Positions 1 to 8,876 of a DNA stretch of 41,560 nucleotides are shown here, piece after piece; the stretch's first letter is position 1, and the number at the start of each line of letters is the position of its first letter. Below the pieces are notes generated by a model. The model did no database searches. It was not told the DNA's origin and saw only the letters and a program-made list of their open reading frames with translations. A program made the position numbers and the translations under genes. Origin of the DNA: an uncultured Bacilli bacterium. GTDB taxonomy: Bacteria; Bacillota_I; Bacilli_A; RF39; UBA660. The stretch spans positions 1-41,560 of the forward strand of contig CAKORS010000001.1 in the NCBI GenBank assembly GCA_934101605.1, given 5' to 3'.

Positions 1-693
1 ACATTATGTCAGTTGTTTCCTAATTATTTAAGAGTACTTAATGAATATAATAAGCTTTTAAAGATAAGAAATGAGTATTTGAAAAATAATTATGAAAAAA
101 TTGATAGAACTTATTTGGATATAATAACTGATAATTTAGTTGATAGAGCTTTAGTTGTTATGTCTTATAGAGAAAAATTTATTACTTTTGTAAATTCTAG
201 TATAGATGGTATTTATGAAAAGATAATGAAACAAAAAGGATTAAATGTTAGATATATTAAAAGTATTGATAGTAATGATAAAGAATATATAAAGAAATTG
301 TATAAAGATAATTTTTATAATGAAGTAAATAAGAAAATGACTTTGTTTGGGCCTCATAGGGATGATATTGATTTTTATATTGATGATATGAATATTAAGC
401 TATATGGTTCACAAGGACAACAAAGGGTTTCTATTTTAGCTTTTAAATTATCTTTAATAACCATTTTTAAGGAATCTACTGGTAATTATCCTGTGGTTTT
501 ACTGGATGATATATTTAGTGAATTAGATTTGGAAAAAAGGAAGAATTTACTTAAATTTGTAAAGTCTAATATACAATTTATTATTACTACTACTGATTTA
601 AATAATATTGGTAAAAAATTAATAGAAAAAGCTAAGATATTTGAAATAATAGATGGAAAGGTAAAAGAAGGTAAGAAACATGGAAAAGAATGA
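1..693 (+). CDS. recF: DNA replication/repair protein RecF, C-terminal part (5' end outside window)
   Basis: Frame is open from nt 1 (track begins at an internal Met, nt 13). SMC/ABC signature LYGSQGQQR and Walker [13 protein letters not shown]. Directly precedes gyrB. Confidence 0.92.
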   Translation, partial: TLCQLFPNYLRVLNEYNKLLKIRNEYLKNNYEKIDRTYLDIITDNLVDRALVVMSYREKFITFVNSSIDGIYEKIMKQKGLNVRYIKSIDSNDKEYIKKLYKDNFYNEVNKKMTLFGPHRDDIDFYIDDMNIKLYGSQGQQRVSILAFKLSLITIFKESTGNYPVVLLDDIFSELDLEKRKNLLKFVKSNIQFIITTTDLNNIGKKLIEKAKIFEIIDGKVKEGKKHGKE

Positions 694-2611
694 AAATTTA
701 GAACATTATGATTCTTCTGATATTCAAGTTTTAGAGGGACTTGAGGCTGTTAGAAAAAGACCTGGTATGTATATTGGAACTACTGATGTTAAAGGTCTTC
801 ATCATTTAGTATGGGAAATTGTTGATAACTCAATAGATGAAGCTTTGGCAGGTTTTTGTACGCATATAGAGGTTACAATTAATAAAGATAATTCTGTTAC
901 TGTTAAAGATAATGGAAGAGGTATTCCTGTTGATATACACCCTAAAACTAAGATTTCCACAGTTGAAACTGTTTATACTGTTTTGCATGCTGGTGGTAAA
1001 TTTGGTGGAGGAGGATATAAGGTATCTGGTGGACTTCACGGAGTTGGTGCTAGTGTTGTAAATGCTTTATCAAAATGGGTAGAAGTTAAAGTTTATAAAA
1101 ATGGAAATATTTATTTTATAAGATTTGAAAATGGTGGACATACAGTTGAACCTTTAAAAGTAATAGGTAGTTGTGATCAAAATATAACAGGAACTGAAGT
1201 TACTTTTAAACCTGATTCAGATATTTTTGATAGTGATATTTATGATTATGATACTTTAAAGGTAAGAATTCGTGAATTAGCATTTTTAAATAGAGGTCTT
1301 AGACTTACTTTAACTGATCTTAGAGATGAAGAAGTAGTTAGTGATACTTTTATGTATGAAGGTGGTATTTCTGAATATGTAAGGTTTATTAATAGTGGTA
1401 AAACACCTATTCATGATAATATAATTCATCTTGAAGGAGAAGAAGATGGCGTATTTTTTGAAGTAGCTATGCAATATAATACAAGTTATAATGAAAATAT
1501 TTATTCTTTTGTTAATAATATTAATACTCATGATGGAGGAACTCATGAAGAGGGTGTTAGAAGAGCTTTAACTCGTGTTATTAATGCCTATGGTAGAAAA
1601 TCAGGTCTTTTGAAGGAAAAAGATGAATCTTTAACAGGTGATGATGTTAAAGAAGGACTTACTATGATAATTTCTTGTAAACATCCTAATCCTCAATTTG
1701 AAGGACAAACAAAAGGAAGACTTGGTAATTCTGAGGTTAGAAAATTAGCTGATAGTGTATTTAGTAAAGGATTTGAGAGATTTTTAATGGAAAATCCGGA
1801 TCAAGCTAAGATTATTGTTACTAAAGCAATGCTTGCTTGTAGGGCACGTAATGCTGCTAAGAAGGCAAGGGAGATTACAAGAAAAAGTGATTTAAATACT
1901 ACTAATTTCTTTGGAAAGTTATCTGATTGTAAAAGTAAAGATCCTAAAGTATCAGAGATATTTATAGTCGAAGGAGATAGTGCCGGAGGTTCTGCAAAAA
2001 AGGGAAGAGATTCTATGACTCAAGCAATTCTTCCTTTAAGAGGTAAAATATTAAATGTTGAAAAGGCAAGACTTGATAGAGCTCTTGGTAATGAAGAAAT
2101 AAGAACAATAATAACTGCTTTTGGAACAGGAATTGGAAATGAATTTGATTTATCTAAATTACGTTATGATAAGATTATAATAATGACCGATGCCGATGTT
2201 GATGGTTCACATATTAGAGTGTTATTATTAACATTATTTTATAGATTTTTTAAACCTATTGTTGAAGCTGGACATGTGTATGCAGCACAACCCCCTTTAT
2301 TTAGAATAACTCATGGAAAAACAAGAAAATATGTATTAGATGAGAAAGAAAAAGATGATTATTTAATATCATTACCTGATAATGTAAGAAATCGTGCTGA
2401 AATCGCTCGTATGAAAGGTTTAGGAGAGATGGATGCAGAAGAGCTTAATGAGACTACAATGGATATAGAAAAGAGAACTTTGAGAAAGATTACAGTTGAT
2501 GATTGTGTTGCTGCTGATCAAATTTTTGAAAAGTTAATGGGTGATGAAGTTGAACCTAGACGTAATTTTATAGAGGAGAATGCTAAGTTTGTTGAAAACT
2601 TAGATATATAG
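680..2611 (+). CDS. gyrB: DNA gyrase subunit B
   Basis: 643 aa. GHKL ATPase N-terminus ([25 protein letters not shown]), Toprim EGDSAGG and DADVDGSHI motifs. Overlaps the recF end by 14 nt. Confidence 0.98.
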   Translation: MEKNENLEHYDSSDIQVLEGLEAVRKRPGMYIGTTDVKGLHHLVWEIVDNSIDEALAGFCTHIEVTINKDNSVTVKDNGRGIPVDIHPKTKISTVETVYTVLHAGGKFGGGGYKVSGGLHGVGASVVNALSKWVEVKVYKNGNIYFIRFENGGHTVEPLKVIGSCDQNITGTEVTFKPDSDIFDSDIYDYDTLKVRIRELAFLNRGLRLTLTDLRDEEVVSDTFMYEGGISEYVRFINSGKTPIHDNIIHLEGEEDGVFFEVAMQYNTSYNENIYSFVNNINTHDGGTHEEGVRRALTRVINAYGRKSGLLKEKDESLTGDDVKEGLTMIISCKHPNPQFEGQTKGRLGNSEVRKLADSVFSKGFERFLMENPDQAKIIVTKAMLACRARNAAKKAREITRKSDLNTTNFFGKLSDCKSKDPKVSEIFIVEGDSAGGSAKKGRDSMTQAILPLRGKILNVEKARLDRALGNEEIRTIITAFGTGIGNEFDLSKLRYDKIIIMTDADVDGSHIRVLLLTLFYRFFKPIVEAGHVYAAQPPLFRITHGKTRKYVLDEKEKDDYLISLPDNVRNRAEIARMKGLGEMDAEELNETTMDIEKRTLRKITVDDCVAADQIFEKLMGDEVEPRRNFIEENAKFVENLDI

Positions 2612-2624
2612 GAGGTGAGTTTTG

Positions 2625-5135
2625 ATGGAAGAAAATAAAGAAATAGAAGAGAATATAACAAATGATGATTTTGGTGGAACTTTCCACGAAAGAGATAGTC
2701 ATGATGAAAATGATATAGTAAAGGAAGTCAAAACTTCATTCTTGGATTATTCAATGAGTGTTATTACTTCACGTGCTATTCCTGATTTAAGAGATGGTTT
2801 AAAACCTGTTCATAGAAGAATTTTATGGTCTATGTTTGAAGAAGGAAATACTCCTGATAAACCTCATAAGAAATCTGCTACTACTGTTGGATATGTTATG
2901 GGTCATTATCATCCACATGGTGATAGTTCTATATATGATGCAATGGTTAGATTAGCACAAGACTTTAATCAAAGATGTATGTTAGTTGATGGTCATGGTA
3001 ACTTTGGTAATATTGAAGGTGATGGAGCTGCTGCTTATCGTTATACTGAGGCAAGACTTTCTAAAATATCTTTGGAACTTTTAAGGGATATTAGAAAAGA
3101 TACTGTTGATATGACTCCAAACTTTGATGAAACTAGTAAGGAACCAGTTGTTTTACCTTCTAGATTTCCAAATGTATTGGTTAATGGTTCTATGGGTATT
3201 GCAGTTGGTATGGCTACTAATATTCCTCCACATAATTTGGGAGAAGTAATTGATGGATGTATAGCTTATATTGATAATCCTGAAATTGATACTTTGGGAT
3301 TAATGCAATATATTAAAGGTCCTGATTTTCCTACAGGTGGTATAATTTTAGGAAATTCTGGAATAAAGAAAGCATATGAAACTGGACGTGGATCTATTAC
3401 TATAAGAAGTAGAGCAACAATAGAAGAAGAAGGTAATCATCATACTATTGTTATAACTGAGGTTCCATTTGGTGTTAATACATTAGAACTTAAAAATAAG
3501 GTTGCTGAACTTGTTCATAATAAGGTTATAGATGGTATTAGTGATTATCATACTGATTTAAAGAATGGTGTTAAGATTACTATTACTTTGAAAAGAGATG
3601 CTAATCCTCAGGTTGTTTTAAATAATCTTTATAAGCATACAAATTTCCAAATGAGTTATGGAATTATTTTACTTGTTATTGATGATGGAACTCCTAAAAC
3701 TTTAGGTCTTAAAGATATAATTGCTAAATATATTAACCATCAAAAAGATGTTATTACAAGAAGAACTAAATTTGATCTTAAAAAGGCAGAAGATAGAGTT
3801 CATATTTTAGAAGGATATAAGATAGCTCAAGATAATATTGATGAAGTTATTAGTATTATTAAGAATGCAGAAAGCGATGAAGAAGCTAAAACTAAATTAA
3901 TTTCTAGGTTTAGTTTATCTGAGGTTCAAGCAGAAGCTATTTTAGAATTGAAATTAAGACGTTTAACAGGTCTTGAAAGAGACAAGATAGAATCAGAGCT
4001 AAAAGATTTAATGGCTCTTATTACGGAATATAAAGCTATTTTAGCTGATGAAAAGAAAATATTAGAAATTATAAAGAATGAGATGTTAGAAATTAAGAAT
4101 AAATATGCTGATGAAAGAAGAACTTCTATAGATATGACTGCAATTGATTATATTGAAGATGAATCTTTAATACCTGTTGATAATATTATGATTTCTCTTA
4201 CTGATAAAGGATATATTAAGAGATTATCTACTAATACATATAAATCTCAAAATAGAGGTGGAGTTGGTATTAAGGGTATGACAACTAACGAAGAGGATAA
4301 TGTAAGTATTTTGGTTACTTCTTCTACACATGATGATATATTGTTTTTTAGTAATTTTGGAAAGGTATATAGAATGAGAGGTTATGAGATACCTGAGGCA
4401 AGTAGACAATCTAAGGGATTACCTATTGTTAATTTACTTCCTATATCTAAAGAGGAAATGATAACTTCTATAATACCTATTTCTAAGGATAATGTTGAAG
4501 ATACTAATAGTTTAATGTTCTTTACTAAAGGTGGTTTGGTTAAAAGAACTAGTATTAAGGAATTTGAATCTATAAGAAATAATGGTAAGATAGCAATAAC
4601 TTTAAAAGATGATGATGAATTAATCAGTGTTAAACAAACGTTCGGGAATAATGAAGCTATTATTGCTTCAGATAATGGAAGAATGGTTAGATTTAATGAA
4701 AATGATGTTAGATTAATGGGTAGAAGTGCTAGTGGTGTTAAAGGAATTGAATTGGGAAATTCTAAAGTAATTGGTGCTGAAATTGTTAATAACTCAGAAT
4801 TAATATTGGTTGTAACTGAAAAAGGTTATGGTAAGAAAACTGATGTTGAAGAATATAGATTGACTCATCGTGGTGGAAAAGGTGTTAAAGCTTTAAATAT
4901 TACTGATAAAAATGGATTGATTGTATCATTTAAATCAGTTAAAGGTGATGAAGATGTTATAATGACTACTAATAATGGTATAGTTATTAGACTTGATGTT
5001 TCTAAGATATCTACGTTGAAGAGAAATACTCAAGGAGTTAGATTAATGAATTTAAAAGAAAACCAAAAAGTTACAACTGTTACTGTAGCAAAAAAGGTTG
5101 AGGAAGAATTTTTGGGAAATGACCAAACTGAATAA
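2625..5135 (+). CDS. gyrA: DNA gyrase subunit A
   Basis: Motifs RAIPDLRDGLKPVHRR, HPHGD and active-site AAYRYTEARL, plus C-terminal beta-pinwheel repeats. GGAGG at 2611-2615. ATG 2625 preferred; TTG 2622 is possible. Confidence 0.97.
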   Translation: MEENKEIEENITNDDFGGTFHERDSHDENDIVKEVKTSFLDYSMSVITSRAIPDLRDGLKPVHRRILWSMFEEGNTPDKPHKKSATTVGYVMGHYHPHGDSSIYDAMVRLAQDFNQRCMLVDGHGNFGNIEGDGAAAYRYTEARLSKISLELLRDIRKDTVDMTPNFDETSKEPVVLPSRFPNVLVNGSMGIAVGMATNIPPHNLGEVIDGCIAYIDNPEIDTLGLMQYIKGPDFPTGGIILGNSGIKKAYETGRGSITIRSRATIEEEGNHHTIVITEVPFGVNTLELKNKVAELVHNKVIDGISDYHTDLKNGVKITITLKRDANPQVVLNNLYKHTNFQMSYGIILLVIDDGTPKTLGLKDIIAKYINHQKDVITRRTKFDLKKAEDRVHILEGYKIAQDNIDEVISIIKNAESDEEAKTKLISRFSLSEVQAEAILELKLRRLTGLERDKIESELKDLMALITEYKAILADEKKILEIIKNEMLEIKNKYADERRTSIDMTAIDYIEDESLIPVDNIMISLTDKGYIKRLSTNTYKSQNRGGVGIKGMTTNEEDNVSILVTSSTHDDILFFSNFGKVYRMRGYEIPEASRQSKGLPIVNLLPISKEEMITSIIPISKDNVEDTNSLMFFTKGGLVKRTSIKEFESIRNNGKIAITLKDDDELISVKQTFGNNEAIIASDNGRMVRFNENDVRLMGRSASGVKGIELGNSKVIGAEIVNNSELILVVTEKGYGKKTDVEEYRLTHRGGKGVKALNITDKNGLIVSFKSVKGDEDVIMTTNNGIVIRLDVSKISTLKRNTQGVRLMNLKENQKVTTVTVAKKVEEEFLGNDQTE

Positions 5136-5158
5136 AATTCTATATAATCATATAAAAT

Positions 5159-5186
5159 AAGGTGCTTAGGCATCTTTTTTATTTTT
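5159..5186 (+). terminator. Intrinsic terminator after gyrA
   Basis: AAGGTGC-TTAG-GCATCTT hairpin (one G-U pair) followed by a T-run. Confidence 0.55.
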
Positions 5187-5193
5187 ATAAAAT

Positions 5194-5209
5194 TATTTCC
5201 CGGGAAATA
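5194..5209. other. Noc-binding-site (NBS)-type palindrome TATTTCCCGGGAAATA
   Basis: Exact match to the B. subtilis NBS consensus (core ATTTCCCGGGAAAT). Lies inside a perfect 22-bp palindrome, AATTATTTCCCGGGAAATAATT, at 5191-5212. A CCCGGG core is conspicuous in this AT-rich DNA. Confidence 0.65.
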
Positions 5210-5253
5210 ATTAGGTGTAATTTACGTAATATTGTTAATAAGTCTTTTTTCAA

Positions 5254-5269
5254 TGTTTCACGTGAAACA
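5254..5269. other. parS centromere-like ParB/Spo0J site (copy 1, 16/16)
   Basis: TGTTTCACGTGAAACA exact. Inside a 22-bp perfect palindrome at 5251-5272. Intergenic. Confidence 0.85.
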
Positions 5270-5274
5270 TTGAA

Positions 5275-5303
5275 TTGACATTTATGTTTTATTAATATAT
5301 TAT
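5275..5303 (+). promoter_or_regulatory. Sigma-A type promoter of the SRP RNA
   Basis: TTGACA (5275-5280), 17-bp spacer, TATTAT (5298-5303). Predicted start at about 5310-5311, which coincides with the first base of the SRP RNA closing helix. Confidence 0.7.
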
Positions 5304-5310
5304 AGATACT

Positions 5311-5383
5311 GATGCAACAGTTATGTTAGAACCAGGTCAGAGAAGGAATTCAGCAGCCTTAATAGCCTCTAATTGTGTGCATC
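5311..5383 (+). ncRNA. ffs: Small (4.5S-type) signal recognition particle RNA
   Basis: CCAGGUCAG-AGAA-GGAA-UUCA-GCAGCC aligns base for base with E. coli 4.5S domain IV (CCAGGUCAG-GUCC-GGAA-GGAA-GCAGCC). The GGAA tetraloop is conserved and its closing stem shows compensatory changes. The 5' GAUGCA pairs with the 3' UGCAUC, followed by a U-tract. Confidence 0.88.
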
Positions 5384-5402
5384 ATTTTTTATGGAGGAAT
5401 TT

Positions 5403-5822
5403 ATGAATTCAAAATTTATGAATTTAGCAATAAAAGAAGCTATTAAAGCTTATAATAATGATGAAATTCCTGTTGGATGTGTTATAGTCTGCAATGATAA
5501 AGTTATTTCTAAAGCCTATAATAAAAAGAATAGAACAAATAATGCTACTCATCATGCAGAGATGTTAGCTATATCAAAGGCTTGTAAAAAGCTAAATACA
5601 TGGAGATTGAATGATTGTGATATTTATATTACTTTAGAACCTTGTAATATGTGTATGGGAGCTATTGTAGAATCTCGTATTAAAAATGTTTATTATTTAT
5701 TAAATTCTAATTATTATGAGACATTTAATAATAATAAATTAAAGATTAATGTTAATAAGTTAGAAGATATATATAAATATAAAGAAATGATGGGTAATTT
5801 TTTTATAAATAAAAGAAAATAA
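5403..5822 (+). CDS. tadA: tRNA-specific adenosine deaminase
   Basis: CMP/dCMP deaminase zinc motifs HAE and PCNMC. GGAGG at 5393-5397 lies 5 nt before ATG 5403. The track start at 5373 would run through the SRP RNA. Confidence 0.93.
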   Translation: MNSKFMNLAIKEAIKAYNNDEIPVGCVIVCNDKVISKAYNKKNRTNNATHHAEMLAISKACKKLNTWRLNDCDIYITLEPCNMCMGAIVESRIKNVYYLLNSNYYETFNNNKLKINVNKLEDIYKYKEMMGNFFINKRK

Positions 5823-5855
5823 CAATGTTTCACGTGAAACATTGTTTTGTTTTTT
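5821..5855 (+). terminator. Probable tadA terminator formed by the parS-2 palindrome plus T-tract
   Basis: The 26-bp palindrome can fold into a hairpin and is followed by TTTTGTTTTTT. Confidence 0.5.
5826..5841. other. parS site (copy 2, 16/16)
   Basis: TGTTTCACGTGAAACA exact. Inside a 26-bp perfect palindrome at 5821-5846 that starts within the tadA stop codon. Confidence 0.85.
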
Positions 5856-5876
5856 GAAATTATATATGTTGAATAA

Positions 5877-5892
5877 TGTTTCACGTGAAACC
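5877..5892. other. parS site (copy 3, 15/16)
   Basis: TGTTTCACGTGAAACC; only the last base deviates from the consensus. Confidence 0.75.
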
Positions 5893-5919
5893 TATTATTA
5901 TTTTTGTAATTTTAGTCTA

Positions 5920-5935
5920 TGTTTCACGTGAAACA
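5920..5935. other. parS site (copy 4, 16/16)
   Basis: TGTTTCACGTGAAACA exact. Inside a 22-bp perfect palindrome at 5917-5938. Confidence 0.85.
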
Positions 5936-6015
5936 TAGAGAATATTTTTTTGAAAATGAGTTTATGATGTGATATTATATATACAGCAATAAAACTGTTA
6001 GATAGGGGGCAAAAT

Positions 6016-7695
6016 ATGAGTTATTTAGCGTTATATAGAAAGTATAGACCTTCAAAATTTGAAGATTTGGCCGGACAAAATTATATTGTAGAAATATTAA
6101 AAAGATCTATTAAAAACAATAAGATTTCACATGCTTATTTATTTTCTGGACCTAGAGGAACTGGTAAAACTAGTATTGCAAAACTTATTGCTAAATTGAT
6201 TAATTGTGAAAATCCTGTTGATTTAAATCCTTGTAATTCTTGTAAGAGTTGTAATTTATTTAATGAAAAAAATAATCCTGATATTATTGAAATAGATGCT
6301 GCTAGTAATAATGGTGTTGATGAAATACGTGAAATAAGAGATAAGGTTAGCCTTATGCCGAGTGTTTCTAATTATAAGGTATATATTATAGATGAAGTTC
6401 ATATGCTTTCTAGTGGGGCTTTTAATGCTTTATTAAAGACGTTAGAAGAACCGCCAAAACATGTTATTTTTATTTTGGCTACTACTGAATTTTATAAAGT
6501 TCCTGAAACTATTGTTTCTAGGTGTCAGTGTTTTGAGTTTGAAAGAATTTGCGATGAGGATATTGTTAAAAGATTAACTCAAATTGTTGAGCTGGAAAAT
6601 ATTAATATTGATCGAAATGTTTTAAGTTTAATTGCTAAATATTCTTATGGTGGTATGAGAGATGCTATAGGAATGCTTGATAAGTTATCATGTTATTCGG
6701 ATAATATTACTATTGATGATTTTTATGAATTAAGAGGTTTGATATCAAAGGATAAATTATTTGAGTTGTTTAACAACATATATAATTGTGAATTGGAAAA
6801 AGCTTTAGAAGTTTATAACAATATTGTTAATAAAGGTAAGAATATTAGTTTGTTAATGAATGATATGCTTGAATTTGTTAAAGATTTAATTATTAATTCT
6901 TTAAAAGGTGAAAATAATTTATACCAAACAAATGTTTTATATGATTATGTTTCTTTGATTGAGGATACTTTAGGAAAGTTGAAATTTTCTAGCAATCAGA
7001 AGATTTTGGCTGAAATATGTGTTTTAAAGATGATTGAAGTGAATAAAAATGAGGAAAAAAATATTTCCCAGGAAATAAAAATTGAAAATAATGGTGTTGA
7101 TGATACAAAAAAAGTTAGTAATGAAGATGAAAATGTAAGTATTTTGTCTAATGATAAGTTAAATGATGAAAATAGTGTAAATGAATTTACTAAAGACAAA
7201 CCTGTTTTTGATTATTTAGAAAAACAGAAGGTAAGGATTAATAATACTTTTTCTTTGGCTAATAAGAATTTATTAGATAGTTTAAAATCTAAGTGGAATG
7301 GTTTTAATGATTATTTACATAATAAGGAATTTGTTGGTGTTGTTTCATATTTATTAGATGGAAATCTGAGGGTAGCTGGAGATAAGGATGTAATTATTTC
7401 TGTTACTTATGATACTATTGTTAATAGTGCTTTACAAAATTTAAATAAGATAGAGATTTTATTTAATTTGGTTCAAGGTAAGTATTATAATATTGTTTTT
7501 ATTACTGATGAGGATTGGATTAATTTAAGAAATCAATTTGTTCAGGATAAAAAAAATGGTAAGGTTTATAATTATATAGAAGAAAAATTGGAAAATGATG
7601 ATATAATAGATAATGATGTTACTGTTAAGGAGGATTCTAGTAGTGTTATTGATGCTATAAATCTTTTTGGTAATGATGTTGTTGAGATAAAATAA
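6016..7695 (+). CDS. dnaX: DNA polymerase III subunit gamma/tau
   Basis: Walker A GPRGTGKTS, DEVHML, SRCQ sensor motif and a Cys cluster (CENPVDLNPCNSCKSC). AGGGGG RBS. Confidence 0.96.
   Translation: MSYLALYRKYRPSKFEDLAGQNYIVEILKRSIKNNKISHAYLFSGPRGTGKTSIAKLIAKLINCENPVDLNPCNSCKSCNLFNEKNNPDIIEIDAASNNGVDEIREIRDKVSLMPSVSNYKVYIIDEVHMLSSGAFNALLKTLEEPPKHVIFILATTEFYKVPETIVSRCQCFEFERICDEDIVKRLTQIVELENINIDRNVLSLIAKYSYGGMRDAIGMLDKLSCYSDNITIDDFYELRGLISKDKLFELFNNIYNCELEKALEVYNNIVNKGKNISLLMNDMLEFVKDLIINSLKGENNLYQTNVLYDYVSLIEDTLGKLKFSSNQKILAEICVLKMIEVNKNEEKNISQEIKIENNGVDDTKKVSNEDENVSILSNDKLNDENSVNEFTKDKPVFDYLEKQKVRINNTFSLANKNLLDSLKSKWNGFNDYLHNKEFVGVVSYLLDGNLRVAGDKDVIISVTYDTIVNSALQNLNKIEILFNLVQGKYYNIVFITDEDWINLRNQFVQDKKNGKVYNYIEEKLENDDIIDNDVTVKEDSSSVIDAINLFGNDVVEIK
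7062..7077. other. NBS-like palindrome inside dnaX (15/16)
   Basis: TATTTCCCAGGAAATA differs from the NBS consensus TATTTCCCGGGAAATA at one central base. Confidence 0.45.
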
Positions 7696-7707
7696 GGAGG
7701 ATTTATT

Positions 7708-8004
7708 ATGAATATGCAAGCTTTAATGAGACAAGCTCAAAATATGCAAAAGGAAATTACAAATATAAAGAAGGAAATAGATGAAACTAATTTTGAGGGT
7801 GTTAGTTCTTTAGTTAAGGTTGTTGTTAATGGAAAAAAAGAGGTTATTAGTGTTAAAATAACTGAAGATGATGATCTTAAGGATGATTTATCAATTTTAG
7901 AAGATATGATTTTATTAGCTTTAAACGATGCTTTTAAAAAAGTTGATGCAGAAACTGAGAAGAAAATGGGTAAATATTCTAATATGATGTCAGGTTTGAT
8001 GTAA
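7708..8004 (+). CDS. ybaB: Nucleoid-associated protein YbaB/EbfC family
   Basis: 98 aa. Conserved dnaX-ybaB-recR arrangement. N-terminus MQALMRQAQNMQKE is typical of the family. Confidence 0.92.
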   Translation: MNMQALMRQAQNMQKEITNIKKEIDETNFEGVSSLVKVVVNGKKEVISVKITEDDDLKDDLSILEDMILLALNDAFKKVDAETEKKMGKYSNMMSGLM

Positions 8005-8005
8005 T

Positions 8006-8611
8006 ATGTATCCTAAGAGTTTAAATGATTTAATAGATAATTTTAAAAAATTACCAGGAATAGGTGAAAAAACTGCTGAGAGACTTGCATTTTCTATTTT
8101 GGATTTTTCTTCTGATGATGCTAAGGAGTTTAGTAATAGTATTATAGGAGTTAAAGATAAAATTAAAAATTGTAAGATATGTGGAACATTAACTGATGAT
8201 GATGTTTGTTATATTTGTTCTGATAATACGAGAGATAAGAATGTATTAGTGGTTGTTGAAGATTCTAAATCTGTGTTTTTGTTTGAAAAATTAGGTAAAT
8301 TCCACGGCTTTTATCATGTATTAGGAGGACTTATTTCACCAATTGATGATATAGGCCCTGAAGATTTATCTATACCATTATTAGTTGATAGAGTTAAAAA
8401 CAATGGTATAAATGAGGTTGTTTTAGCTATTAAATCTGGTATTGAAGCAGATACTACAGCTTTATATATTAAGAGGATTTTGGAGAAGTATAATGTTTCT
8501 GTAACTCGTATTGCTAGTGGAATACCAATTGGTGCTGATATGGAATATGTTGATTCTCTTACTTTGGAATCTGCTTTAAATAATAGAAAAGAGGTATTAA
8601 ATATTGATTAG
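8006..8611 (+). CDS. recR: Recombination protein RecR
   Basis: HhH (LPGIGEKTAERLAF), C4 zinc finger (CKICGTLTDDDVCYIC) and a Toprim domain. Confidence 0.96.
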   Translation: MYPKSLNDLIDNFKKLPGIGEKTAERLAFSILDFSSDDAKEFSNSIIGVKDKIKNCKICGTLTDDDVCYICSDNTRDKNVLVVVEDSKSVFLFEKLGKFHGFYHVLGGLISPIDDIGPEDLSIPLLVDRVKNNGINEVVLAIKSGIEADTTALYIKRILEKYNVSVTRIASGIPIGADMEYVDSLTLESALNNRKEVLNID

Positions 8612-8626
8612 TTCATAGTATTTAGT

Positions 8627-8812
8627 ATGAAATATTTAATATCTTTATTAAAAAACATTATTATGGCCCCTTTTGCAATATATCTTTATAATGTAATTGT
8701 TGGCTCTTTGGGATGTTTGATACCTATAAATATTATTACAGTAATAGTTGTGGGTTTATTGGGTATTCCTGGTTTAATAATGTTAATTATTTTTTTTGTT
8801 TTTGTTATATAG
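8627..8812 (+). CDS. bofA: BofA-family pro-sigma-K processing inhibitor (small membrane protein)
   Basis: 61 aa, two TM segments. LIPINIITVIVVGLLGIPGLIMLII closely resembles B. subtilis BofA HIPINLVTTAISGFLGIPGIAALVV. Same position downstream of recR as in Bacillus. Confidence 0.8.
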   Translation: MKYLISLLKNIIMAPFAIYLYNVIVGSLGCLIPINIITVIVVGLLGIPGLIMLIIFFVFVI

Positions 8813-8836
8813 GTATTGTAATAATACCTTTTTTTC
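8811..8836 (+). terminator. Intrinsic terminator after bofA
   Basis: AGGTATT-GTAAT-AATACCT hairpin followed by a T7 run. Confidence 0.65.
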
Positions 8837-8876
8837 TTTTTATAAAAATGTTAAAATAGTATTTAGAGGTATTTAT

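Noticed and set aside
5367-5383. The 3' arm of the SRP RNA (CTAATTGTGTGCATC) resembles the repeat unit CTAAATTGTGTGCAA at 39115-39149.
   Set aside because: The similarity is about 13 nt with an indel, with nothing else shared in the flanks. The SRP arm is fully explained by pairing with its 5' arm (GATGCAACAG...). Probably coincidence, though a genome-wide search for the motif would settle it.
7051-7077. Possible programmed frameshift in dnaX: an SD-like GAGG, the slippery-looking A AAA AAT (A7 run 7055-7061) at the end of domain III, an adjacent hairpin, and early stops in both alternative frames.
   Set aside because: A-runs and out-of-frame stops are expected by chance in such AT-rich coding DNA. 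The hairpin abuts the slippery site, with no normal 5-9 nt spacer, and is better explained as an NBS-like palindrome. Other A7-8 runs occur in the same gene (about 7106, 7549). Only mass spectrometry or a western blot for a gamma-sized product could revive this.
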